Assembly (NCBI GenBank): GCA_000002435.2
Contig: CM018792.1
Reading direction: 5' to 3' (one strand)
Length of the DNA stretch: 64,000 bases
From: Giardia intestinalis
Taxonomy: Eukaryota
A program made the translations under genes and the position numbers. The notes below the pieces were generated by a model. It was not told where the DNA came from. It saw only the letters and a program-made list of their open reading frames with translations, and searched no databases. Of this stretch, positions 33,763 through 43,586 are shown piece after piece (positions within the stretch are counted from its first letter, which is position 1; each line of letters starts with the position of its first letter).

Positions 33763-34449
33763 TTATTGGTTTACAGATAATAGTTCTGTAAATGTCGATG
33801 CAACGTGGATTGACAAATCGGGACGGTCAGTGGGTGGGCGCGGGCCCGTCAGCATAGCCACGGCCCTTGCCCCTGAGCGCCTAGCAGCCTCTAAGCCGTG
33901 GATGGAGTCCTCGAATATTAGAGCCTCAGATGCACTGATACTAAGCCTCTTGAAGCACTCCAAGTAAATGGCAGGGTCTGGTTTGCTGGCAGAAACATCG
34001 TCACAAGAGATAATCGCGTCGAAGAGGTCTCTGTCCTCTGGTCGTCCAGAGAAGAATGCATCAATGGCACCATGGGGACATGCGGTACCTATAGCGAGGA
34101 GCATGCCGCGACTCTTGGCAACACGCGCAAACTCAATTGCTCCAGGAGTATATGAAACCTGAGTTCTGAAGAGCTCAATGTATATATCTTTCCACTTGTC
34201 TGCAAGCTCCTCCGGTGTCACATCGTTGAAGTTATATTCCTTGACACAATATGTGGCAGCATCTATAGCTGTTTTCCCGCTAATTTTGTCCATAAAGTCG
34301 TCTGGATAGTCCATACCCCTAGTCAGAAAGGTACTACGATTAACTGTGTCCCATGCACCTGTTGAGTCTAGGAGAGTGCCGTCAAGGTCAAAGATGATCG
34401 CACGCACGCCGTCCAGCAGATCCCTTACGTCCTTGACTCCCAAGGACAT
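33763..34449 (-). CDS. HAD-superfamily hydrolase (beta-phosphoglucomutase/phosphatase-like), about 228 aa
   Basis: The ORF track starts at a TTG (34470); the first ATG is at 34449..34447 (MSLGVKDVRDLLDGVRAIIFDLDGTLLDS...). Motif I is DLDGTLLDS, followed by downstream K and D motifs (ASKPDP, FEDSIHGLEAA). The upstream sequence is aaatctctgaataaaATG. The stop TAA is at 33763..33765, 17 bp from the NAK kinase stop (convergent genes). Confidence 0.8.
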   Translation of the reverse strand: MSLGVKDVRDLLDGVRAIIFDLDGTLLDSTGAWDTVNRSTFLTRGMDYPDDFMDKISGKTAIDAATYCVKEYNFNDVTPEELADKWKDIYIELFRTQVSYTPGAIEFARVAKSRGMLLAIGTACPHGAIDAFFSGRPEDRDLFDAIISCDDVSASKPDPAIYLECFKRLSISASEALIFEDSIHGLEAARRSGARAVAMLTGPRPPTDRPDLSIHVASTFTELLSVNQ

Positions 34450-34466
34450 TTTATTCAGAGATTTAC

Positions 34467-35000
34467 TCAATTACGCAGAGTCAGAGCAAGCACCGAAAGC
34501 AATTCCTTAGGAATTGCTGGTGGAAGAGGGGCTTCCTGCAACTTTACGCCCCGGGTAAGCTCGGGAAACATAGCTCTAACTACGGCAGAGTCTGAGGCGG
34601 TACCTACAAACTTTAGCTTGCACCTCTTATCCGCCTGAACGATAAAAGGCTCCTTATCCTCCGGACTGTAACTGGCAGCTAAGACCGGTCTGTCTAAGGA
34701 GAAGTAAGCGCACGCATCATGCACCACATCAGATGGCACATGGTGCTCTTGACCGATAAATATTATTCCAACAGGAGTGAGATGGCTGTAAAAGGTTGAC
34801 TGAGCATCCACAGCATGCTTGAGTGCCTTTACAAGGCTAGGATCTTCTACATTGAAGTTGAGCCCCAAGACCTCGCAAAGCTCAATACAGTCGGCAGAAA
34901 TCTTTCCTAGAAGCATACCAAGGCACGAGTCAACTCGGGTACTAATCTTTACAAGCTTCATGTAGAGATAGGGTCCGATAGTTATGATGGGGTCCGTCAT
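34467..35000 (-). CDS. Hypothetical MPN-like protein (possibly EMC8/9/UPF0172-like), about 177 aa
   Basis: The ORF track starts at a TTG (35021); the first ATG is at 35000..34998 (MTDPIITIGPYLYMKLVKISTRVDSCLGMLLGK...), preceded by gggaaagataaaaATG. The N-terminal pattern resembles MPN-fold proteins (compare EMC8 [28 protein letters not shown]). That assignment is weak. The stop TGA is at 34467..34469, 17 bp before the HAD hydrolase ATG. Confidence 0.45.
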   Translation of the reverse strand: MTDPIITIGPYLYMKLVKISTRVDSCLGMLLGKISADCIELCEVLGLNFNVEDPSLVKALKHAVDAQSTFYSHLTPVGIIFIGQEHHVPSDVVHDACAYFSLDRPVLAASYSPEDKEPFIVQADKRCKLKFVGTASDSAVVRAMFPELTRGVKLQEAPLPPAIPKELLSVLALTLRN

Positions 35001-35157
35001 TTTTATCTTTCCCAGCCTCAAACCTGGCTGGATCGCTCACTGGTCTCATTACTTGGAGCTATCCGGCCACATTCTTTTCTAGTGGCAGCAGGTACACAGG
35101 CTGTCTGGGCGCAGAGCGAGATCCGCGCAAAGAATAATCAATTTTCCAAAAAATACT

Positions 35158-36825
35158 ATGAGCTACGACCAGCAGTACTCTGCTCTGCTTTCACAGCAAA
35201 CGGCTGTGCAGAAAATCATCATTGACCTACAGGCTACACTAACCCGGACAGATCTCGATCTGGACGAGCGAAGTCAAACAGAAGCCATGCTGCAGAACGC
35301 CATCGCTCTGCTCAACTCCTACATTGGTTCTATCTCTTCTCTCCATACAGAGGTGCAGAATCAAATATCTAGCCCGACTCAAGGATCAGTGGGGATTGCA
35401 AATCCCTCCCAGTGTACATTCAGTGAAAGTGACCCAACTCTAATGGGGACTGGGAGTGGCATGCACCAGACCCGTACGGGGTCTCTTGTAGCAAAGAAGG
35501 TGGATGGGGAGCATAGATCCCCAGATATCCTCAGTAAAAACTATTTGTGCGGCCAGACAACAGTCAGCTGCGCACAGCTGCCGACATACGTGCAATCCAA
35601 TAACGCAACCCCTCAGCTTGCCCATTCTCAGTCAACAAAGACAGCATTTCTGGACCGGCCCAATAGCGAGCTCACTAACATCATCGTTGGCAATCCGCAC
35701 CTCCAGCACGTTCCTTCAAGAGAGACTGAGAGCGTCTCTTATTCTAGCTCTTTACCCTCTTTTGTGGCCACTCGGGTGTCTCCGCATTATGCCCCTAGAG
35801 AGCTGGTTCCACGGCACATTTCGAATTCCCTTCCCGAAGAGTCTTTGTCCGCAGGATCCATGCAATTAATATACAGTATCCCAAAGACGTACAAGTACGT
35901 CAAATCGGTTCCTAAGTATTACAGCACAACGGGCCAGTCTATGTGTCGCAAAGCCGTTGCCAAGGCAACCAACGACGACACGCCCAAGTGGAAGCACGTA
36001 CGTAAGATCTCTTGTGAAGTGTGGCACCACCCAGATATGGTCCAGATCGCCATCCATGAGATGACTGCGAACATATACTCCCAAATATCGAACAAGGAGT
36101 TCTCCAAACTGGAGATCTCTACTCTACTCCGGGCATACAACTCCCTCGCTGTGCTTTTACGCTTCTTGCAACTCTTACCACAAGGCATTAACAATAAGAT
36201 AGTTGATAGTATGCTTTCCGACATGCTGCACTTGATCACAGAGTCCACCAACCGCATGCGCGCAGGTCCTGGGCACAAAAGAGACATTACGAACGCGATA
36301 TCGTATGACTTTCAGGCCATGCTTCACCTCATCATTGCGTACATGTTCGTTCTGCAGTACCAATATGTTACCTCTACCCTCAGCTTCTCTCGGCAGATGG
36401 ATACTCTACTCATAACGGATGTCTTCCTCAAGCGATACCTTTGTCTCGGAGATTGCCTTGTGGTGACACTCAGCAGGCTCATTCATAGCCGGAGGGTGAC
36501 TCGAGGCGTGTTCTCTCAGTCGTGTATCCTGGCAATCTTCAGATTGGCAACAATATACGTGTCATCTATGGCACCTATATACACGTTTCTAGGCGAGCAG
36601 AACACTCCAGATGCTGATATCAAGCGCGTAGAGCTGGAGGACTTATATACAAGGTTGTGTAACAATTGGGAGGCAGCGTACGATTGCAAATCCGATAGTG
36701 CAGACGGAGACTTGCTTGATAACGTGAAGCCCACGATACCAGAGACAATTGGTGGTGTTGACTGGGCTGTAGAGATAGAGACTGATATCTTCTATGAGCG
36801 TGATAACGACGAAACTAGCGATTAG
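35158..36825 (+). CDS. Hypothetical protein, 555 aa
   Basis: The ATG at 35158 is preceded by caattttccaaaaaatactATG. The ORF runs ATG to stop with no recognisable domain. Confidence 0.6.
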   Translation: MSYDQQYSALLSQQTAVQKIIIDLQATLTRTDLDLDERSQTEAMLQNAIALLNSYIGSISSLHTEVQNQISSPTQGSVGIANPSQCTFSESDPTLMGTGSGMHQTRTGSLVAKKVDGEHRSPDILSKNYLCGQTTVSCAQLPTYVQSNNATPQLAHSQSTKTAFLDRPNSELTNIIVGNPHLQHVPSRETESVSYSSSLPSFVATRVSPHYAPRELVPRHISNSLPEESLSAGSMQLIYSIPKTYKYVKSVPKYYSTTGQSMCRKAVAKATNDDTPKWKHVRKISCEVWHHPDMVQIAIHEMTANIYSQISNKEFSKLEISTLLRAYNSLAVLLRFLQLLPQGINNKIVDSMLSDMLHLITESTNRMRAGPGHKRDITNAISYDFQAMLHLIIAYMFVLQYQYVTSTLSFSRQMDTLLITDVFLKRYLCLGDCLVVTLSRLIHSRRVTRGVFSQSCILAIFRLATIYVSSMAPIYTFLGEQNTPDADIKRVELEDLYTRLCNNWEAAYDCKSDSADGDLLDNVKPTIPETIGGVDWAVEIETDIFYERDNDETSD

Positions 36826-36973
36826 CAGGCCCGTGTAAATAGATTTATCAGTTTCCTTTTGAGAACACTTTTTTCTCTTTAGCTACCATGCCAGCGTCCT
36901 TCAGACACGATAGGTACCTCAGCTCAGCCGCCACTTAGCGTTTGTATCAGTCATTCTTCAAAATTCCCAAAAA

Positions 36974-39900
36974 ATGAGCAACTCGGCAGATGCCGCAGAG
37001 TCGATGCTTGCTCCATCTGCTCTTGGCCTGGGCTATTTAGAGGCGGGGAGCTCTACAAAGCGGTTGGCATCAATAATAGTGGAAACACTTCTATCAGACT
37101 ACTCGGCAGTAATTCTTAACTCCTTTTCACAGCTACGAGACAGTATTCACAACAGGCCTCTCTACATCATGATGGAACCATCTCTTGGCTGTGACCCCAT
37201 GCATGACCATGAGGCTCCAAAGGATGTGTCACCTCTTTTTGGCTCATACATCGACCGTGCGGAATCTCAAATCCTTACTTTGCCCACCTCTATTTTGAAG
37301 CTCAAACTGGAGGAGCAAATAGTCCAGTTACTCAAAGAGCTGTCGAGTGAAAATGCAGATTTGCAAAGACAACTAGACAATGTCAGATCTTTACTAACAG
37401 ATAGCCATGTGCAGGTAAGCAATAAGGACAGCCTCATGTCCTCGATCCTAAAATCGAAGTCAGATGAAAAGGTGCGTCTTCTGAGTGAGATTCAGCTCTT
37501 GCGCGAACAGCTCTATCAGAAGCGTATTCACGGAGGGGTTAACATATACAAGCCTGACTTTGGGCATACAGAAGGAGGACACGGAGACGCAGATGAGCGT
37601 GACGCTCGAGAGTTCTGGAATTTGCGGCTGAAGGACAAAGACGACGAGATTCTTCAGCTCAATAAACAGATTGTATCTCTGAAGGAAGAGGTGTCGGTTC
37701 TCAAGGGGTTCACAAAAGATTCCATGGACGAGGCAGAGAGACATAGACTTGAGGCATTGAGCAAAAGTAAGGCAAGCGTGAGTCTAGAGGACGAGAATGC
37801 TTTGTTGAAGAGGGATCTCGAGGAACTTCAGATGCGGTATCAGACAGATATGAACGCTGCTACAACGTCAATCGAGGCTTTGCGCACAGAGAATACAACC
37901 CTGAGTAAAGCAGCAGAAGAGCAAGAGGCAGACGCAAGCACCATGCGACATAAGATGGAGACCTTAGAGTCAAAGGCTCTGGTACTTGAGGCACAATTGA
38001 CAGAAGCTAAACAGCGGCATATGCAGGATACCGAGGTACTTCGTAGAGAGCTTGAAAGAGCTAACGCTGCAGCTACATCTGCTAAGGATGATTTAAAGAA
38101 GCACGCTATTATGACTGATCGATTGAAGGCGGAACTGGAGATGCTTATGAAAGAGAATGGAGAGAACTCCCTTGTCAGCGGTCTCAAGGATCAGATTGAA
38201 AAACAGCGGAAAGACATCTCGAAATTAGTGAGTGACATTAAAATCTATCGTGGCAAGCTCGCCCATGCCAACAACAAGATAGCAAAACTTACGGGGCGGC
38301 CAGTTCCTCAAAGGAAAGCACTTAATTCGGACGATTCAAACGACTTTACTGACGACGATCTATATGAAACCGAAGGCCATGGTGATACCGATAACCTGTA
38401 TGGTAGATCTACTCAAGATACCACTATAGAAGAAACTATAGAGTGTACATCTACTAGGTCCAGCTTGAGTAGTGCTCAATTAGAGAGGGCAGAAAATTCA
38501 AAGAAATCGGATGTGGACAAAATGGCGGCCTTAATTGGTAAGTATAGAGAGATAGTTTGTTGCTTAGCACGACTCCCAGATGCAAAGTTACCAAAAACAC
38601 TTGCTGGCCTATCTAAATTTCTTTCTAGTCGCATGAAGAAAGCAGATACTGCCAATATGGGTGGGGCGTTCGACCCTGCCAACGATTCTGACTCCGATTC
38701 TCATCCCAGGAAGAAGGAAAGAACAGCTAAGGCAAAGCAAGGAAAGAGTGGTAAAGGTATCAAGGGACCTAAGCTAGGAGGTAATGGAAAATCGGCTAGT
38801 GGGGGTAAGGGAGAGGTAGCGGTTAAGCGTAAAGGTACCGATAAGAATGTGACTCCAGCAAAGGCTTCTGGAAGCAAGAAGGAGCACACTGAAAACAGCG
38901 ACAGTGACTCTTATTATTACAGCTATAGCATAAGCTCAAATGACACCTATCTTCTTGAGGACAAGATAGATGACGACTTCTTTGGAGTAGGTGGCGATCC
39001 AAATGCAATGGTCCGCCGAGGTGACGTTGAGGAATACGTCTCTATGAAAATTCAGGCTGCTCTAGAGAACTTTAGAATGGAGTATGATAATGAGGCCGAG
39101 CTTCAGGCCATGGGGATTGCACATATGACAGCAAAGGCGATACTAGAGAACTATTCCCACAGATCTTGTCAGACATATGTAAGCTACCTCACAGATACAA
39201 TGCGGATACTTACAGACGCGGATATCATTGACGAGAATGATGGTCTATACCTTGATGATGCTGGAAATTGGCGGCGCATTGGCGACGTTGCTGTAAAGAG
39301 TGGCCTGCAACCTAAAGACATAGAGCTAAACCGACGGCGCTTGGATCTGTTTAATCACACGTCTATGACAAATCTTCCGCTGGCGGACCCCAATCATCCA
39401 CTGCACCGCAGAGATGCACAGTTGGCTATGACAGCCGCTGACAAGGTAATGAATCTACAAGCCACTGGAGCGAACTATCGCCTTCACCATAACTTAAAAG
39501 GAGAAGGCTTAACAACAGACCAAATCTTTGATCAACTCTACAACGACACTCAGCGAATGCGCCTTGAGGCCAATACGCGTCGTGAAAAGATGGACTCCAC
39601 CTCATTACAACAGCTAAAGCTACGCGAAACTCCCAGCCCCTACAGAGAAGTTGCTCAGGCAGACCATAAGATTGGTCTCTTTGGCTCTCTAATTGTCAAA
39701 GCATCAGTTGTGCCAGAAAATGCTACATCGCCATCACCTGCCCCTTTAAATGTTCAGCTAGATAAGAAAACTCCTGGTGCGCCATCTGCCGCGGCTGTTC
39801 CTTCAAAGAGCAACACTGCGACGAAATCAGGGGAGAGAGTAATTCAAACAATCAACAATGTGCTTGGTATGAATGTTGCCTCAGTCAAGGTGGATCATCC

Positions 39901-42900
39901 GGAGGAGCCTGCTAAACCCAAGAAGCCAATGCTCGTTCAGCAGCGTTTCGATCCTAGACAACGACGAGGAACCGGCACCAAGGAGGTCCGTAGCCACCAA
40001 TCAGATCGGGTGATCGAGACCTCCAAATCGCAGCAATATGAAGAGGATAAACCCAGATCACTGAGTCCTCTATCTCAGAATAACCTTGATACGCCTATTG
40101 AAAACATGGTCAACATCATATCCTCGGCCCGTTCTTTACATAGCCCGCTCACTGCTTGCAATGATACTCGCTCTGAGCCTCAGCAAGAAACTCCAGATCT
40201 AGGAACTCCTAGGGCATTTCGATTGGTCAATAATTCTGAAGCAGATGGTATTTATGTCCGCATGAGTAACGAGGGCGTCATCAATGGCCAGATAATTGTG
40301 TCTGATGGGTTTGTTACCAATATTAGTTATAAGAATATGTTCGGGGATAACCTTGACCGAGTTATATACTCTCACACGGACAGTCAATCCGGCGGTCAGC
40401 TGACCTCATCTCCAGGGGCTCCATCTCACAACAGCATTGCCATCACAAAGGGTACATGCTTGCCAAATAACATTATTCAATCTCCTGAGCTCAATATAGA
40501 CACCAGAGCTCAGCTTCCTAAATATGACGCTGATCAGGGAGTAAGCGTCCAGCCAACTCTCTTTATTGAAACTGTAGTGGAGGATGGCGATTCTGGAACC
40601 CTACGAACAACCGGGGATGATTCTATTCGGCCAAGCATTGACCTTACTCGTACACCTCTTCACAGACCCCCCTCTGGAGCAGCCACCGGGGCCCAGCGCA
40701 ATAAGTTATCTATAGCCTCAGAGATAGATATGGGGTCCATCTCAGAGATCCAAAAGCTCTCCATATCAGTTCCGTCCACGTTGGAGCATAACGATCTAGC
40801 AGACCAGCTACCGTTACGAGGATCTCTTATCAAGGAGGATCTGGAGCAAATCCATGTTGCAGATGTAACAACGCTTCTAGGCAAAAACGTAGTTGATTTC
40901 CAGCGAGCAGCAATGCTAGATCAGAGTGGACCTGATGTAGTACCGGTCTCAACGCAATTCTCCGAAGACAAAGGAGCGGTGCTTCTTGATGAAAGTCTTC
41001 TTCGCATTCTTTCTCTCTTACCAACAACACCGGCAGAGGACGAATTTCTTAGCCTTCCTAGGGCCAAGAGTTGCTATAAAAAGCAGCGAGAAAAAGACCT
41101 GCTGGCACCGGGTGCCGCTCTTCGGCTTGTCAAGATCACAGTTAAGCCGGGCCATGAGAGACTGATTGAAATAATCACAAAGCCAGACGACACTCCATAC
41201 TTTTATGACCCGAAAACCGAGTATAGGTACTCCGATATACACTCCCTTCAAGAGTCTCTACAGCAGGAGCAGCAAGTGGATTACCACCCGAACACAACTC
41301 AGCCAATAGACAGATCTCAAGCTCGTGAGGACTCCTCTGCGATGCACCCAGAGCTGGACAATTCGACAATGGGGTCAGAAGAGAACTCGAGGGTAAGTCT
41401 CCAATTGGAGCCAGATGGGCCTGAGATATCCATAAAGTCTCTTGCAAACACAGCTGATGAGCAGATACGGCAGTTATTCAAATTGACTGTCGACAAGCAC
41501 GGGCGTCCCAGGAGACTCACTGAGGCAGAACTCTATCTTCTTAGCAAGATTGGGGACTATAAATCCAACAGTACTGCAACCATCCGGCTTCAGCGCGGAA
41601 ATAACATTGGGCAACGTCCAACTATTGCCAATCTTGTTTCCATTAATGAGACATCAAATTTAAAGACACAGGATCTGTCAGAAAACGCTCACCTACGGAA
41701 GGATCCAGTGGCATCAGCTCCCCATTCAAAGACCAGTGTCGAGCTGACACCAGATGAGCTTGTGTCTCTATATTTAAAGAAGACAGAAGAAAAGCAAGCT
41801 GGACACTCAACCAGGGCCGTTGTAGGGCATGGATTACAAAGTAGACCAGTTAAGATTGCTCCTCAGGTAAGCAGTATTCCTGTTACTGCCAGACAATCCC
41901 TAGAAGGACCATCCGATAGCTCTTTCACTGGGAAATATGTGACCGTCGACGGAAAGGTGATAGAGTATACAGAGGAGGATCAATTCGTTACTGAATTGGA
42001 CAGGATTGTTAATTCTATGGTTAGCACGGCTTCTGCCACAAACAAGAAAAACGATGACTTAACCACAGATGATCTTATGGTACTGCAAACTAAGATACGC
42101 GACTCTGCTACTTTAGATTCTAAGCTTGAGAGCAGGATTCAATCTATTAGACATATACAGGAACAACTCACGAAGGGGGTCATTAAAGTAGTTCGTGCAG
42201 ATGACGGATCAAGGCTGTTCATGGACTCTAGGGGCTTTGTTCTCAACGGAGCAATTGTTGAAGATATGCTCAAGGAGGAGCCCGATAAGCTATGCACACA
42301 ATTGGACATACTAGCATCCTTAGCCAGTTCTGAATTACAGTCGCACGGACTGTTAAATGGCATAAAGGTGCGGAATAAGAATGGGACTATAGAGGCAGAT
42401 CTTCTTCTTCCGCGCATGCCAATCCAAACAATTAAGGAGTCAACGTCATCTACTCGTCTTCGATCTGATCATTCTACTGCACAACCCATTATGACAACAG
42501 ACGGCCTCTTTAACAGTTCGTATTATCTAGATCTTTCTACGAATAATTCAAAGCTCCAGACAACCCCTCCTGGGAACAGTCTCGTGTCCATGACTGTTTC
42601 TACCCTCACCGAAGACGGTCACATTGGAGTGCAGATGCCTCAGACACAGATTCCACATAGGGCTAGTACATCAGGCGCACAACCAGGTCAGTTCGTTGCT
42701 CGCAACATGACGCGATCCATAGTCCGCTCACAACTCGGCACTGCATTATCCACAGCAGCAAGTAGCGCACGAGGCAGCCCGGGTCAGATCCTCAAACCAT
42801 TGAGAAGCATAGAAGGGGTAACTACAGACGGCAACCAGCAGCCAATAACTACAGCTGGTCGAACCATCCCTATGCAGAGAGTCTCTGGAGAGTATCGCGA

Positions 42901-43471
42901 CTCTGACGGCCTCCGCTTTGTTAAATCCTCTGCTTCCAGTGCTCTCATCCGTGGCTCTAAGGGCTCCCTCGTCGACGACTCCGAGGCACATGCATATATC
43001 CGTGGCGGAGTAGTATCCCACGGGGTAGCTGAAATACTCTCTTACTCCAAGCAAAACAGCCATTCTCTTCAGCCAGGGGCTGTAGCACGGGAGGTAGGTC
43101 TTCCAGAAATCTCTCCCACTGCAGCGCACGCGCTAGAAGAAGCGATAATATGTCGGGGCATTTCTTTCAAACGATCCACGGAAAAGCCTTCAAGTACGGC
43201 TTCTTACCCGCTACTCAATAGTAATCCTACAGGAAAGCAGTATCAGTACAGCACTACTAACTCGATCAAGCCACATGGTGAGTTTGATTCTGATGGGCTA
43301 GATTCTAAGCTACTGACGTGCTCTATTATAATAGATTCCCCCATTTCCCCGGTAAAGTCGTACCGACAAACATCAGCCGTGGAAGCAAGGAGTCCGTTTG
43401 TTGCTGGTCCAGGAGCGGCCACAGAAAAAACCCAGGGTATTATCGAAGAAGTCTCGGATATCCAGGTGTGA
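36974..43471 (+). CDS. Giant hypothetical protein (2165 aa), member A of a local paralog family. It has a conserved N-terminal domain, a coiled coil and a long Ser/Thr-rich tail.
   Basis: The ATG at 36974 is preceded by caaaattcccaaaaaATG. The N-terminal block ...LRDSIHNRPLYIMMEPSLGCDPMHDHEAPKDVSPLFGSYIDRAES... is shared with the genes at 46401..48788, 49531..55809 and 58553..>64000. It is followed by heptad coiled coil and the motif NIYKPDF. The stop TGA is at 43469..43471. Confidence 0.8.
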   Translation: MSNSADAAESMLAPSALGLGYLEAGSSTKRLASIIVETLLSDYSAVILNSFSQLRDSIHNRPLYIMMEPSLGCDPMHDHEAPKDVSPLFGSYIDRAESQILTLPTSILKLKLEEQIVQLLKELSSENADLQRQLDNVRSLLTDSHVQVSNKDSLMSSILKSKSDEKVRLLSEIQLLREQLYQKRIHGGVNIYKPDFGHTEGGHGDADERDAREFWNLRLKDKDDEILQLNKQIVSLKEEVSVLKGFTKDSMDEAERHRLEALSKSKASVSLEDENALLKRDLEELQMRYQTDMNAATTSIEALRTENTTLSKAAEEQEADASTMRHKMETLESKALVLEAQLTEAKQRHMQDTEVLRRELERANAAATSAKDDLKKHAIMTDRLKAELEMLMKENGENSLVSGLKDQIEKQRKDISKLVSDIKIYRGKLAHANNKIAKLTGRPVPQRKALNSDDSNDFTDDDLYETEGHGDTDNLYGRSTQDTTIEETIECTSTRSSLSSAQLERAENSKKSDVDKMAALIGKYREIVCCLARLPDAKLPKTLAGLSKFLSSRMKKADTANMGGAFDPANDSDSDSHPRKKERTAKAKQGKSGKGIKGPKLGGNGKSASGGKGEVAVKRKGTDKNVTPAKASGSKKEHTENSDSDSYYYSYSISSNDTYLLEDKIDDDFFGVGGDPNAMVRRGDVEEYVSMKIQAALENFRMEYDNEAELQAMGIAHMTAKAILENYSHRSCQTYVSYLTDTMRILTDADIIDENDGLYLDDAGNWRRIGDVAVKSGLQPKDIELNRRRLDLFNHTSMTNLPLADPNHPLHRRDAQLAMTAADKVMNLQATGANYRLHHNLKGEGLTTDQIFDQLYNDTQRMRLEANTRREKMDSTSLQQLKLRETPSPYREVAQADHKIGLFGSLIVKASVVPENATSPSPAPLNVQLDKKTPGAPSAAAVPSKSNTATKSGERVIQTINNVLGMNVASVKVDHPEEPAKPKKPMLVQQRFDPRQRRGTGTKEVRSHQSDRVIETSKSQQYEEDKPRSLSPLSQNNLDTPIENMVNIISSARSLHSPLTACNDTRSEPQQETPDLGTPRAFRLVNNSEADGIYVRMSNEGVINGQIIVSDGFVTNISYKNMFGDNLDRVIYSHTDSQSGGQLTSSPGAPSHNSIAITKGTCLPNNIIQSPELNIDTRAQLPKYDADQGVSVQPTLFIETVVEDGDSGTLRTTGDDSIRPSIDLTRTPLHRPPSGAATGAQRNKLSIASEIDMGSISEIQKLSISVPSTLEHNDLADQLPLRGSLIKEDLEQIHVADVTTLLGKNVVDFQRAAMLDQSGPDVVPVSTQFSEDKGAVLLDESLLRILSLLPTTPAEDEFLSLPRAKSCYKKQREKDLLAPGAALRLVKITVKPGHERLIEIITKPDDTPYFYDPKTEYRYSDIHSLQESLQQEQQVDYHPNTTQPIDRSQAREDSSAMHPELDNSTMGSEENSRVSLQLEPDGPEISIKSLANTADEQIRQLFKLTVDKHGRPRRLTEAELYLLSKIGDYKSNSTATIRLQRGNNIGQRPTIANLVSINETSNLKTQDLSENAHLRKDPVASAPHSKTSVELTPDELVSLYLKKTEEKQAGHSTRAVVGHGLQSRPVKIAPQVSSIPVTARQSLEGPSDSSFTGKYVTVDGKVIEYTEEDQFVTELDRIVNSMVSTASATNKKNDDLTTDDLMVLQTKIRDSATLDSKLESRIQSIRHIQEQLTKGVIKVVRADDGSRLFMDSRGFVLNGAIVEDMLKEEPDKLCTQLDILASLASSELQSHGLLNGIKVRNKNGTIEADLLLPRMPIQTIKESTSSTRLRSDHSTAQPIMTTDGLFNSSYYLDLSTNNSKLQTTPPGNSLVSMTVSTLTEDGHIGVQMPQTQIPHRASTSGAQPGQFVARNMTRSIVRSQLGTALSTAASSARGSPGQILKPLRSIEGVTTDGNQQPITTAGRTIPMQRVSGEYRDSDGLRFVKSSASSALIRGSKGSLVDDSEAHAYIRGGVVSHGVAEILSYSKQNSHSLQPGAVAREVGLPEISPTAAHALEEAIICRGISFKRSTEKPSSTASYPLLNSNPTGKQYQYSTTNSIKPHGEFDSDGLDSKLLTCSIIIDSPISPVKSYRQTSAVEARSPFVAGPGAATEKTQGIIEEVSDIQV

Positions 43472-43586
43472 TAGCGACGATCTATCTCTCTTTAGTCAGG
43501 TGCTTGTAAACAGGCGTCTTTTTATCGTGTTTGTCTAACATTATCGTCTATACTTTGCAGATGCAACCCTGCCAAAAATTAAAACG

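Noticed and set aside
33763-34449. HAD hydrolase as a lateral gene transfer candidate
   Set aside because: HAD phosphatases are ubiquitous in eukaryotes. Composition and the promoter element are host-like. I have no phylogenetic evidence from sequence alone.
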